A stretch of DNA of 64,000 nucleotides, from NCBI GenBank assembly GCA_048571215.1, contig CP182352.1, positions 2,144,001 to 2,208,000 on the forward strand, written 5' to 3'. The notes below the pieces were generated by a model that saw only the letters and a list, made by a program, of their open reading frames with translations, did not search any database and was not told where the DNA came from. Both the position numbers and the translations under genes were made by a program. Shown here piece by piece: positions 1-9,885 of this stretch; within the stretch, counting starts at the first letter, position 1; the number at the start of each line of letters is the position of its first letter. The DNA is from Halarcobacter sp. GTDB taxonomy: Bacteria > Campylobacterota > Campylobacteria > Campylobacterales > Arcobacteraceae.

Positions 1-91
1 GAGCAAGTACTCCATCTTTACCATTGATATTTTTACCTGCAAGTAAATCTTGTACAGCTTCATTAAAATCAAATTGTTTTTTCTTTTCCAT
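1..91 (-). CDS. IS256-family transposase, N-terminus (runs off the window edge)
   Basis: Manual translation from ATG at 91: MEKKKQFDFNEAVQDLLAGKNINGKDGVLA, resembling the 'FDF..A...L..G....GKDG.L' start of proteobacterial IS256 transposases; AAGGA RBS at 101-105. Confidence 0.75.
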   Translation of the reverse strand, partial: MEKKKQFDFNEAVQDLLAGKNINGKDGVLA

Positions 92-150
92 CTATATCAA
101 TCCTTATAATATTTATTATATCAGACTGACACAGATTTTCTAACACTCCC
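1..150 (-). mobile_element. IS256-family insertion sequence, left end
   Basis: Minus strand from 150 reads GGGAGTGTTAGAAAATCTGTGTCAGTC, typical of an IS256 terminal inverted repeat, followed by the transposase start. Confidence 0.7.
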
Positions 151-197
151 TAATAAACTCATTATATATATAAATTGCTATGTTCATTACTATATTT

Positions 198-1817
198 TTA
201 CTCAAATAATTTATATTTTTTTACTAAGCTCATACCTGAAGAAGTTAAAAATGTACTACATTCTTCTTTTATTATAAAAATATCTTTTTCATCTAAATAT
301 TTATTATAATTATTTATTTTTCCCTCTCTAACTCTAAGACTTTCTTTATTTATGGTGTCTAAATCATATCCTGCTACACCTTTTTCAATTTCAACTTTCT
401 GCATATTTTCAAAACTTCCATTATTTATTGCTTCAATTATAATTTTATCATCAATAGGTAATTCTAAAAAAAATATCAATTTTTTTATATTTGTATAAAT
501 ATTTAAATGCATATTTTCATATGTAATAAAAAAATTTGTATTATCACTATTATCAAACAGACTATAATTATTTAATAATTCACAATACTGTTTTAAAACA
601 TTTGTATTTTTTATAAAATCACACAATTTTCCCTCAAAAATTTTCAAGCGATTTTTTTGTTGAAAATAATCTGATACAATAATTTCAAAAATATTTCTTA
701 ACAAAATTATTTTAGGGAAGCTATTTATCCCTTCACTTATATTTTTATGACTTGATATGATTAATGGAAACTTACTATTTTCATAAAAATCATATCCTAA
801 AATACCCTTTATATTTTCATATTCTTCATTTGGCATTAAAGAAAACATATTTTTCAAATTTAAATCTATATTTAAATTAAATATCTTATTAATATATGAT
901 GCAATAATAAATCTTAACCAAGTCCTTCCTGATTTTGGAATCGAATACAAATAAAATATTTTTTTCCTTTTTAAAATTGAATTGAAAAAATAGTTTTTAT
1001 GATTACTTATTTTTTTTGTAATTTTTGTTTTTTCTTCACTTAAATTAGGCACAAGTTTAAAATTTTTAAAACCAATATCAGATAGTTTTTTTACGTCAAA
1101 AAATACATGACCTAAATCTAATCTAGGGATTAAATCTTTTGAGCATGCTTGCATTGAAGAAGTTATAGTATTATTATTTTGATGAGATATTGTATTATAA
1201 CAAATTCTAGCCGTACAATTATAGGCACAATTAGCGTTTGCAAAAAGTGTAATTCTATCTTTGTTAGGTAATGAAATTAGAAAATCATCATCATCATTTT
1301 TATCCATTGGAATAACAATATTATCATAAATAGTTAATGCATTTATAACTTTTTCAAGAGTATTTAAATTTTTAATTAAACTTGCTTTTATCTTATACTT
1401 AGGAAAGTCTTTCCTTATTTGCTTTGCAAGTTCGTCATTTACACAAACTACAGAATTTCCTTTTTTATGATGCTTTTTAAGAAATTCTAAACTTTCTTTA
1501 TAAGTATTTATATCAAAAGAATGATTAGTTAAAGTCAATGAGACACCTATTGAGTTATCCATTAAAGTTTGAAGATGAAAAGAATCCAATGAATATTTTT
1601 TCTGATATATTCTTCCTCCATATAGTTTACTATATTCAGTTGTTGAACCAAAAATACTTTCAATACTTTTAAAAGGTATATACATATAAAATATTCTTAA
1701 ATAGTCCAAGATATTCATATCTTTTTCAATTCCTCTAGAAGATAGAGTAAATTTAAGGCCTTCAATATTAAAACTATTTTTTACGTCAGATGGTTTAATT
1801 AAATTATTGTTTTTCAT
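198..1817 (-). CDS. Fusion protein: N-terminal peptidase-U32-like (putative Fe-S) domain plus C-terminal PAPS-dependent sulfotransferase domain
   Basis: N-half has FGS..YGGR, IKAS, ANANCAYNC..RIC..C and IGFKNFKL, resembling U32 motifs. C-half has the 5'-PSB loop YSIPKSGRTWLR, LRN..E..VSDY (3'-PB), ITYE and RVREGK. Confidence 0.65.
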   Translation of the reverse strand: MKNNNLIKPSDVKNSFNIEGLKFTLSSRGIEKDMNILDYLRIFYMYIPFKSIESIFGSTTEYSKLYGGRIYQKKYSLDSFHLQTLMDNSIGVSLTLTNHSFDINTYKESLEFLKKHHKKGNSVVCVNDELAKQIRKDFPKYKIKASLIKNLNTLEKVINALTIYDNIVIPMDKNDDDDFLISLPNKDRITLFANANCAYNCTARICYNTISHQNNNTITSSMQACSKDLIPRLDLGHVFFDVKKLSDIGFKNFKLVPNLSEEKTKITKKISNHKNYFFNSILKRKKIFYLYSIPKSGRTWLRFIIASYINKIFNLNIDLNLKNMFSLMPNEEYENIKGILGYDFYENSKFPLIISSHKNISEGINSFPKIILLRNIFEIIVSDYFQQKNRLKIFEGKLCDFIKNTNVLKQYCELLNNYSLFDNSDNTNFFITYENMHLNIYTNIKKLIFFLELPIDDKIIIEAINNGSFENMQKVEIEKGVAGYDLDTINKESLRVREGKINNYNKYLDEKDIFIIKEECSTFLTSSGMSLVKKYKLFE

Positions 1818-1895
1818 ATAGTATAATATTTTATTTTTACTAATAAAAAGTTTTAAAAAAGCTTCTTAAAATAAATTCATAAAAAAAGGTAGCAT

Positions 1896-2807
1896 TTGTT
1901 TCACTATAAAGCTTTTAATTTACATCTATCAGTCCCATTTGAATGTCCAGAATTAATTGAAATAGATAAAAAAGAAAATGAGTTAGATTTAATATCAGTT
2001 TATTATACTTCATCTTTACCTGAAAAACTAGACAACTTTACCAACTCAGGTCCAACTTTTACTTCAAATAAAAATCAATTTTTATTAAATACAAAAGCAG
2101 ATGTAAAGTTTTTAGTAATAAATGGAAATAAAATATATATTGATTTAGGTGAAGATTGTACAATTGAACAGATGAAACTTTTATTTTTTAGTTCTGTCAT
2201 GGCAGCCTTATTTATGCAAAAGAAGATGTTAGTTTTTCATGCGAGTACCATAAATATAAATGATAAAGCTGTACTTTTTTGTGGAGATTCAGGTCTTGGT
2301 AAATCAACAATTTCAGAAACTTTAGTTAAACAAGGTTATAAAAAACTATCGGATGACATGAGCGTAATATATTATAATAACGAAAAACAAAAAATTATGT
2401 GCATACCATCCTATCCACAATCAAAACTTTGGGAAGAAAGTATAAACTTATTAAATATAGATACTAATGGATTAAAACATGTTCATAATAGATTAAATAA
2501 ATATTTAGTAACAAATAAAGAAAGTTTTTATCATAAAGAACTTCCTGTAGAAAAAATATATATATTATCCATTAATAATAAACAAAATGTATTATTAAAC
2601 GATATAGATAAGTTAAAAGCTATTTATGAAATTGAAAATCAGACTTTTAGAAAAAAATTTTATATAAAAGATGAATATCGAAAGAACTATTTTAATTTAT
2701 TCGTAAAAATAGTTGAACAAGCTACTATTAAACACCTATCAAGACCCTATAAAACGAACTCTATATCTGAAATTAAAAATATATTAAACAATGATTTAAA
2801 TGGATAA
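1896..2807 (+). CDS. HPr kinase-like lasso peptide kinase (PadeK/ThcoK type)
   Basis: FHAS, Walker A GDSGLGKST, LSDD and PSYPQSKLW motifs; lies next to a lasso precursor and cyclase; TTG start. Confidence 0.8.
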   Translation: MFHYKAFNLHLSVPFECPELIEIDKKENELDLISVYYTSSLPEKLDNFTNSGPTFTSNKNQFLLNTKADVKFLVINGNKIYIDLGEDCTIEQMKLLFFSSVMAALFMQKKMLVFHASTININDKAVLFCGDSGLGKSTISETLVKQGYKKLSDDMSVIYYNNEKQKIMCIPSYPQSKLWEESINLLNIDTNGLKHVHNRLNKYLVTNKESFYHKELPVEKIYILSINNKQNVLLNDIDKLKAIYEIENQTFRKKFYIKDEYRKNYFNLFVKIVEQATIKHLSRPYKTNSISEIKNILNNDLNG

Positions 2808-3639
2808 TGGTATTTATTGGATAGTATCATATCCTAAAAGTGGCAATACTTGGTGTAGGATGATTTTAAATAATTATATTGCAAACTTAAATGAACCTTT
2901 AAATATAAATCATTTAAATACAAAATTCATATCTTCAAATAGAAAATTTTTTGATGAGATAATTGGTTTATCATCATCAGATATGAGTGAAGATGAGATA
3001 AAACTATATCAACCTGAAGTTTATAAAGAGTTAATAAAAAACACAAATGAAGATTTATTTATAAAAGTACATGATGCATATATTTTTAATAAAGATAATA
3101 AACCTATATTTCCAGAAGAAATTACTAAAGGGGTAATATACATAGTTAGAAACCCTTTAGATGTTGTAGTTTCATATGCAAATCATATGGATGAAACTAT
3201 AGAAAATACAATTAAAATTCTAAATAATAAAACACATACTTTGGATATTCAATTTGATGAATTAAATATAAGATTACCACAATTTTTAGGAGATTGGAGT
3301 TTTAATGTAAATTCATGGTTAGATTCAAAATTACCTATACATTTAATTAAATATGAAGATATGCTTGACAATACATTTAGTACCTTTTATAAAACATTAG
3401 AATTTTTAGGATTTGATATAGATACAAAAAGATTACAAAAAGCAATAGATTTTTCCTCTTTTAAAGAGTTACAAAAACAGGAAAAAATACATGGTTTTAT
3501 AGAAAAGTCACCTAAAACTAAAAAGTTTTTTAATAGTGGTAAAAAAGATATTTTTAAGGAACATTTAACAGAAAAACAAATAAAATATATTGTATACAAC
3601 AATTTTCATTTAATGAAAAAATTAAATTATATTCATTAA
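2800..3639 (+). CDS. PAPS-dependent sulfotransferase (Sulfotransfer_1)
   Basis: WIVSYPKSGNTW (5'-PSB), KVH, YIVRNPLDVVVSY (3'-PB), IKYEDM, FF.SGK; overlaps the kinase stop. Confidence 0.88.
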   Translation: MDNGIYWIVSYPKSGNTWCRMILNNYIANLNEPLNINHLNTKFISSNRKFFDEIIGLSSSDMSEDEIKLYQPEVYKELIKNTNEDLFIKVHDAYIFNKDNKPIFPEEITKGVIYIVRNPLDVVVSYANHMDETIENTIKILNNKTHTLDIQFDELNIRLPQFLGDWSFNVNSWLDSKLPIHLIKYEDMLDNTFSTFYKTLEFLGFDIDTKRLQKAIDFSSFKELQKQEKIHGFIEKSPKTKKFFNSGKKDIFKEHLTEKQIKYIVYNNFHLMKKLNYIH

Positions 3640-3677
3640 AATGTGATGTATGCACTGCTTTATAAATGGAGGAAAAT

Positions 3678-3821
3678 ATGGAAAAGATTGAATTAGATGA
3701 AAATCATTTACAAGCTGAAAATAAAGAAACTTGGGAAATACCTGCAATAGAAGTTTTAGATACAGATGAAACAAAGGTTGGTGCTCCTGGTCCTTTTGAT
3801 GGAAGCGGGCCATACTCTTAA
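3678..3821 (+). CDS. Lasso peptide precursor, 47 aa (missing from ORF track): MEKIELDENHLQAENKETWEIPAIEVLDTDETK-VGAPGPFDGSGPYS
   Basis: GGAGG RBS at 3668-3672; WxxPxxEVL leader motif; Thr at -2; Gly/Pro-rich core with Asp8 and C-terminal Ser; directly upstream of the cyclase. Confidence 0.85.
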   Translation: MEKIELDENHLQAENKETWEIPAIEVLDTDETKVGAPGPFDGSGPYS

Positions 3822-3837
3822 TCTAGATTAAGTTATT

Positions 3838-5616
3838 TTGAATAGTTTTTTATGTGAATATAAGAAAAATTTTCTTTACCCATTTTCTAATAATGATAAT
3901 ATTGACACTTTCGAGTATAAAAATATAACTTGTACTATAGATAATAAAGATTCTACATATCTAGATATAAAAAATAGTTTTTTTTATATACTTATAGGTG
4001 ATATTTATAATATAGATGAACTTTATATATTAGAAAATCTAAACAAAGAAACTACAAGTAAGTTTGAACTTATCGAAACTTTATATCAAAAATATGATAA
4101 AAATATATTTGATATGTTGATAGGAGATTGGTTTTTACTTATTTATAATAGTGTAATTGATAGCTTAATATTTGCACAAAGCCATCTAGGTTTCTGTGCA
4201 ATATACTACTATATGGATGATAATAAACTTTTCTTTTCAAATACTCTTGAAAAACTTTTAAATATAGATGAGATTCCTAAAAAAGTCAATTATAATTATA
4301 TTAAAAATATACAACTATTTTCCATACCAAACCAATATAATGAAACCTCGTTTTTACATATCAAAACTTTAAATCCTGGGAAATATATGTATATAGATAA
4401 AAACAACTTTATACATAAAAAATATTGGTATCCTGAAAATCTAGAAAAGAATAAATCTATCAAAAAAGAAGAAGCTATAATTAAAGTAAAAGAGATTTTC
4501 ACTGAAGCTATAAGAGCTAGAATAAAAGATAAAACTATAGTAAGTTCAATGCTTAGTGGTGGATTAGATAGTAGCAGTGTTTCTATTATATCTTCAATAT
4601 TACTAAAGGAAAAAAATAAAAAATTAAATTGCTTTAGTCATATTCCAGCTTTTGATGTTGATAAAAATAAAATACCAAAAAATAGAATATCAAGTGAAGA
4701 AAAGTTAATATTAAAAATATTAGATAAATATCCAAATATAAAAGAAAACTTTGTAGATTCAAAGCAATACACAATACTTGATGGTATAGATGAGTATATA
4801 AATACTTTCAATGAAATACCACTAAATCTTAATGCTTATTGGTTGATAGATATTTGTAAAAAAGCTAAAGAATTAAATTCAGATATTTTACTGACAGGAG
4901 ATTTAGGAAATTATACAATCTCTTATAAAGGAGCTAAAAATAGTTTAAATATATTTAAATATTTTAAATTGTTTGGTTTGAAACATACCCTTAAAGAAAA
5001 AGTGATAAAAAAGTTAATATTCTACAAATACAAAACTATTTATACTATAAATTCTACTTTTATAAAAGAAAGCTATATAAATAAAAGATATATAAATAGA
5101 TATAAATTATTTAAGTTTAGACTTATCAAAATGAATTATTTAAATAATGGAAAGTTTATGTTAGCTGGGCATTATCAAAGAGCAAAGATTATGGGTGGAT
5201 TTGTATCACAGCTTCAATTAAATATAAGTGACCCAAGCTCCGACAAAGAACTTATTGAGTTTCTTTATCAATTGCCACAGGAGTTCTTTTTCAGTAAAAA
5301 AGGGGAAGAAAAAGATATAATAAAAAACTTTATGAAAGATTTAACGCCAGATAAAGTCTTGTTTCAAAAGAAAAGAGGACTACAAGCTTCTGATATTTTT
5401 GAACGTATATTATTGGATGTTGATAAAATAGAAAATATAATAAAAAACTTTAAAACAGATGATTTAGATTTTGAACTTTTCAATAAAACAAAAATGTTAG
5501 AAGACCTAGAAAGATTAAGAAAAAAAGAATTACCTTTAGAATCATTACATTCTTTAGTAAAAACTGTAGCCCAAATGAAATTTATAAATTATGTTAAAGA
5601 TAAATATAAAGTCTAA
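3838..5616 (+). CDS. Lasso peptide cyclase (asparagine synthetase-like)
   Basis: MLSGGLDSSSV ATP motif, LLTGDLGN, DP..D.ELIEF, KRGLQASD; no N-terminal Cys; follows the precursor. Confidence 0.8.
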   Translation: MNSFLCEYKKNFLYPFSNNDNIDTFEYKNITCTIDNKDSTYLDIKNSFFYILIGDIYNIDELYILENLNKETTSKFELIETLYQKYDKNIFDMLIGDWFLLIYNSVIDSLIFAQSHLGFCAIYYYMDDNKLFFSNTLEKLLNIDEIPKKVNYNYIKNIQLFSIPNQYNETSFLHIKTLNPGKYMYIDKNNFIHKKYWYPENLEKNKSIKKEEAIIKVKEIFTEAIRARIKDKTIVSSMLSGGLDSSSVSIISSILLKEKNKKLNCFSHIPAFDVDKNKIPKNRISSEEKLILKILDKYPNIKENFVDSKQYTILDGIDEYINTFNEIPLNLNAYWLIDICKKAKELNSDILLTGDLGNYTISYKGAKNSLNIFKYFKLFGLKHTLKEKVIKKLIFYKYKTIYTINSTFIKESYINKRYINRYKLFKFRLIKMNYLNNGKFMLAGHYQRAKIMGGFVSQLQLNISDPSSDKELIEFLYQLPQEFFFSKKGEEKDIIKNFMKDLTPDKVLFQKKRGLQASDIFERILLDVDKIENIIKNFKTDDLDFELFNKTKMLEDLERLRKKELPLESLHSLVKTVAQMKFINYVKDKYKV

Positions 5617-5620
5617 TATT

Positions 5621-7594
5621 TTAAATCTTCTTAATCTTTTCTATTTCATCTCTTAATCTAATAGCCTCTTCAAAGTTCAAGTCTTTTGCAGCTTTTGTCA
5701 TCTTTTTATTTAACTCTATTAAGATTTTTTTACGCTCTGCTGCTGGCATTTTTTCTATTTTATTTTTCTTCCATGCCAAATCATCATACTCTTCTAATTT
5801 TAGACTTTCCTCTAATCTTCTTATTGTAGAGGTTGGTGTTATATTATGCTCTTTATTGTATGCTTCTTGTATCTCTCTTCTTTTATTTGTCAAATCAATT
5901 GCATACTGCATAGAGTCTGTGATTCTTTTTGCAAAAAGTATTACCCTACCATTTTGATTTCTTGCAGCTCTTCCCATAGTTTGAACTAAAGAGGTTCTAC
6001 TTCTAAGAAAACCTTCTTTATCTGCATCAAGTATAGCTACTAGTGAAGTTTCTGGGATATCAAGTCCCTCCCTTAGAAGGTTAATTCCAACTAAAACATC
6101 AAACTCACCAAGTCTTAACTCTCTTATGATTTGGTTTCTTTCAATAGCATCTATATCACTATGCATATATTTTACTTTGATACCTAAGTCTTGATAATAT
6201 GTCGTTAACTCTTCTGCCATTTTTTTTGTAAGTACTGTTACTAAAACTCTTTCATTTTTTTCAGTGACTTTTTTTATCTCATCATGTAACTTTTCAACTT
6301 GAAACTCACTATCTATTACCTCAACAACAGGATCTAAAAGTCCAGTAGGTCGAATAATTTGTTTTGCAACAACATCACTTTTTTCTATTTCAAGTTCAGC
6401 TGGAGTTGCAGATACAAAAAGGTAGTTTGGTGCTTTTTTTATAAACTCATCAAACTTTAAAGGTCTATTATCTAAGGCACTTGGAAGTCTAAAACCATAA
6501 TCAACAAGAACCTCTTTCCTACTTCTATCAGCTGCATGCATCCCTCTAAACTGAGGAAGTGATACATGAGACTCATCAACTATAAGTAAAAAATCTTTCC
6601 CTATTTGTTCAAAATAATCCATCATAGAGTATGGGGTTTCACCAGGTTTTAAACCAGTAAGATGTCTAGCATAATTCTCAATACCCTTACACATTCCAGT
6701 ACTTTCAATCATCTCTAAATCAAACTCAACCCTTTGTTTAAGTCTTTGATACTCTACTCTTTTATCCTCTTTTTCATAATACTTTAGTCTCTCATCTAAC
6801 TCTTCTTCTATTTGTTTTACTGCTCGACCTAAATTCTCACTTGTAACAACAAAAGGATTAACTGAATAGATTATTGCTTCATCTAACTCTTTTCTTTTTT
6901 CATTTGTTAGATATTCGTGTTTAGTTATAGATTCAACCTCATCACCAAAAAACTCAACTCTAATAAACTCATCTTCATAATATGCCGGAAAGATATCTAT
7001 AACATCTCCATTTACTCTAAAATCAGCTCTATCAAAAAAACTATCATTTCTCTTATAACCCATCTCAACAAGTTTTAGTAAAAACTGTCTTTGTGAATAT
7101 TCAAAGCCCACTTCTATTCTTTGAACCATTGCTTTATATTCACTTGGATTTCCTAAACCATAGTTTGCAGAAACTGAAGCTATAACAATTACATCATCAA
7201 AACTAAGAAGTGATGCAGTTGCACTAAGTCTTAATCTTTCAAGTTCTGCATTTATAGATGAATCTTTTTCTATAAATAAATCAGTTCTTGGTATATAAGC
7301 TTCTGGTTGATAATAATCATAGTATGAGATAAAATATTCCACATGGTTGTTTGGGAAAAAAGCTTTAAATTCACTATAAAGTTGAGCTGCAAGGGTTTTA
7401 TTATGAGTCATAATAAGTGTGGGCATTTGTGTTTTTTCAATCACCTTTGCCATAGTATAGGTTTTACCTGAACCCGTTACACCCTCTAAGGTTGTATATC
7501 TATTCCCACTTAGGATAGAATCACTTATCTGTTTAATTGCAACAGGTTGATCACCTGCTGGTTTGTATTCGCTATTTACTTTAAATTTTGCCAT
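5621..7594 (-). CDS. uvrB: Excinuclease ABC subunit B
   Basis: [23 protein letters not shown]-terminal UVR motif. Confidence 0.98.
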   Translation of the reverse strand: MAKFKVNSEYKPAGDQPVAIKQISDSILSGNRYTTLEGVTGSGKTYTMAKVIEKTQMPTLIMTHNKTLAAQLYSEFKAFFPNNHVEYFISYYDYYQPEAYIPRTDLFIEKDSSINAELERLRLSATASLLSFDDVIVIASVSANYGLGNPSEYKAMVQRIEVGFEYSQRQFLLKLVEMGYKRNDSFFDRADFRVNGDVIDIFPAYYEDEFIRVEFFGDEVESITKHEYLTNEKRKELDEAIIYSVNPFVVTSENLGRAVKQIEEELDERLKYYEKEDKRVEYQRLKQRVEFDLEMIESTGMCKGIENYARHLTGLKPGETPYSMMDYFEQIGKDFLLIVDESHVSLPQFRGMHAADRSRKEVLVDYGFRLPSALDNRPLKFDEFIKKAPNYLFVSATPAELEIEKSDVVAKQIIRPTGLLDPVVEVIDSEFQVEKLHDEIKKVTEKNERVLVTVLTKKMAEELTTYYQDLGIKVKYMHSDIDAIERNQIIRELRLGEFDVLVGINLLREGLDIPETSLVAILDADKEGFLRSRTSLVQTMGRAARNQNGRVILFAKRITDSMQYAIDLTNKRREIQEAYNKEHNITPTSTIRRLEESLKLEEYDDLAWKKNKIEKMPAAERKKILIELNKKMTKAAKDLNFEEAIRLRDEIEKIKKI

Positions 7595-7681
7595 GGAGCG
7601 ATTATAACTAATTGTAGCTTTTTGAAGCTTTTATAAATTGTTCAATATATAAGCAAAACTACAATTAAGTTAAATATTTGT

Positions 7682-8584
7682 TTAAGATTCTTTTTTTAGA
7701 CTTCTTAATCTTTTTGTTTCATCCATAATCTCTAATTCTTTTTTAGCAGTAATTACAATATTAGGATCAACTTCAAAATCTAATCTACTATCTCTTCCCT
7801 CATAATCCACTTTATTTAGTATTGTTTTTATTGCATTATATCTTGCTTCAAACTTATTATCACTTCTTATTATAGTCCAAGGAGATTTTGATGTATTTGT
7901 ATCTTTTAACATTCTATATTTTTTTGCTGTAAACTCATCCCATCTTTCTTGCATTTGCAAATCTATTTCACTTAGTTTCCACTGTTTTAATGGGTTTTCT
8001 TCTCTCTCTTCAAACCTTCTTGATTGCTCCTCTTTTGATACTGAAAAATAGATTTTCAAAAAGTGGATCTCATGTTCAATTAAATCCTCTTCAAACCTAG
8101 GTACAGTATTCATAAAAGTTTCATACTCTTTATCAGTACAAAAACCAAATACAGGCTCTACCATTGATCTGTTATACCAACTTCTATCAAAGATTACAAT
8201 CTCCCCTGCTTTTGGAAACTGTTGTACATATCTTTGAAAATACCATTGACTTCTTTCCACATTTGAAGGTTTTCCTAAAGCAACAACTCTATAATGTTTT
8301 TCATTCATATATCTAGTGATTCGTCTGATTGCTCCACCTTTACCTGAAGCATCCCTTCCCTCAACTAAGATTATCATCTTTTCATTATGTTTCTCTAAAT
8401 GTTCTTGCAGTTTAATAAGCTCAACTTGTAACAATCTTAAAGCTTCTTCTTGAGATCTATATTCATATTTTTTATGTAAATCTTTTAAAAACTCTTCAGA
8501 GGGACCTTCTTTTAATTTGTTTATAAAATCTTCATAATCTAAAATATCTTCCAAATCTTTATCATATAGTTTTTCTATTTGCAT
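7682..8584 (-). CDS. ppk2: Polyphosphate kinase 2
   Basis: EGRDASGKGG, WYFQRY, FDRSWYNR. Confidence 0.95.
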   Translation of the reverse strand: MQIEKLYDKDLEDILDYEDFINKLKEGPSEEFLKDLHKKYEYRSQEEALRLLQVELIKLQEHLEKHNEKMIILVEGRDASGKGGAIRRITRYMNEKHYRVVALGKPSNVERSQWYFQRYVQQFPKAGEIVIFDRSWYNRSMVEPVFGFCTDKEYETFMNTVPRFEEDLIEHEIHFLKIYFSVSKEEQSRRFEEREENPLKQWKLSEIDLQMQERWDEFTAKKYRMLKDTNTSKSPWTIIRSDNKFEARYNAIKTILNKVDYEGRDSRLDFEVDPNIVITAKKELEIMDETKRLRSLKKES

Positions 8585-8638
8585 TTATCACTCCCTTTTA
8601 AAAGAAATATACTATAAATTAATTACACTTTGATTATA

Positions 8639-9193
8639 CTAATTATACTTTTTATAGTTTGCTAAAAAATAAAAGATTATAGATATCTCTCTATTTGACC
8701 AAATATACTCTTTAGACAAAAAATCCTTACTTGCATTTATATCAACATTTGTTTTGTATTTTCTAAGTATTCCATTCATCAAACTTTTTATACTATTTTT
8801 ATCTGCTTTTAATAAAAAGTCATGGAATACCTCTTCTTGATTTGGAATAAAAAACTCCTCATCATATTTAAATAACATCAAAACCAAAGAGACTTGCCAA
8901 GTATGCCACTCTTTTTTATCTAAGCTATTTAAACTCATATTTTTGTAATCAAATACAGTATAAGCATCATAAACTTTTTTGACAATTCCTCTTAGATTGT
9001 ATTTTGATATATCTTCAATATTTTTAGGTAACCATAATCCTATGGAGCTAGGCATTGGGATATCTATTGGTGTATTTTTTACTACATAACTTTTTTTATT
9101 TACACTCTTTTTATTTTTTTTTAATAATATAAAAAAAACAATCAAAACTACTACAAATAAAAAAAAAGCAACTAGTACTTCAATCAAATTCAA
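8639..9193 (-). CDS. Hypothetical protein with N-terminal membrane anchor
   Basis: Hydrophobic N-terminus; overlaps the upstream gene in an operon-like manner. Confidence 0.6.
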   Translation of the reverse strand: MNLIEVLVAFFLFVVVLIVFFILLKKNKKSVNKKSYVVKNTPIDIPMPSSIGLWLPKNIEDISKYNLRGIVKKVYDAYTVFDYKNMSLNSLDKKEWHTWQVSLVLMLFKYDEEFFIPNQEEVFHDFLLKADKNSIKSLMNGILRKYKTNVDINASKDFLSKEYIWSNREISIIFYFLANYKKYN

Positions 9194-9885
9194 AAATCTA
9201 CCACCAAAAACTCATCTTCTAAAATAAAATATTTTTTATTGCAACATAAAGATGGGATATTTACATAGGTTTTATTTTCTGATTTATAGATTTTTCCTTG
9301 ATGAAAATGTCCCTCAATTACTAAATCACTTTTGTAGTTTTTTAATCTTCTTTTTGCAAAAGAGTCAAAGTCATCTATTGTTGAACAAATACTCTTTTTT
9401 TGTAAGGTATAAAAGATTTTTTTAGATATGAAATTATTAAAATCAATCATATTTAAAAAAGTCAATAAAGAATGATTTCTAATAATCTTGCAATATAGAT
9501 TGTAATGCCATGGTGTAAAATTGTCCCCATGGGATAAATTTACACTTCTATCTTCAAAAGTAGCAAATAGAGGTTGATCTTCCCTTTTTATAACAATAAT
9601 ACCTGGAAATAAAACCTCCATATTATAATCATGATTACCCTCTAAATATACTATTTGTATATCTTCAGATAACTCATTTATAATATCAAGTAATTCTTGA
9701 TTTCTTTTTACGAAATATTTACTTTCACCAGAGATAAAATCAAACATATCACCCATCAAAAAAAGTTGAGTTGTTTGTATTGTTTTATCTTGCAACTTTT
9801 TTAAGAAAACTAAAAACTCCTGATTTATCTCATTATAGTGGGAATCGGCTACAAAAATAGCCCCTTTTTGTATATTAAGGTACAT
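9190..9885 (-). CDS. lpxH: UDP-2,3-diacylglucosamine diphosphatase (metallophosphoesterase)
   Basis: DSH, GDMFD, EGNHD, HGD, GHFH motifs. Confidence 0.75.
   Translation of the reverse strand: MYLNIQKGAIFVADSHYNEINQEFLVFLKKLQDKTIQTTQLFLMGDMFDFISGESKYFVKRNQELLDIINELSEDIQIVYLEGNHDYNMEVLFPGIIVIKREDQPLFATFEDRSVNLSHGDNFTPWHYNLYCKIIRNHSLLTFLNMIDFNNFISKKIFYTLQKKSICSTIDDFDSFAKRRLKNYKSDLVIEGHFHQGKIYKSENKTYVNIPSLCCNKKYFILEDEFLVVDF

Noticed and set aside
3622..3813. 63-aa minus-strand ORF in the track
   Set aside because: It is antisense to the lasso precursor, which has an RBS and family motifs; likely a shadow ORF.
3838..5616. Annotation as a housekeeping asparagine synthetase AsnB
   Set aside because: It lacks the N-terminal catalytic Cys and directly follows a lasso-type precursor.
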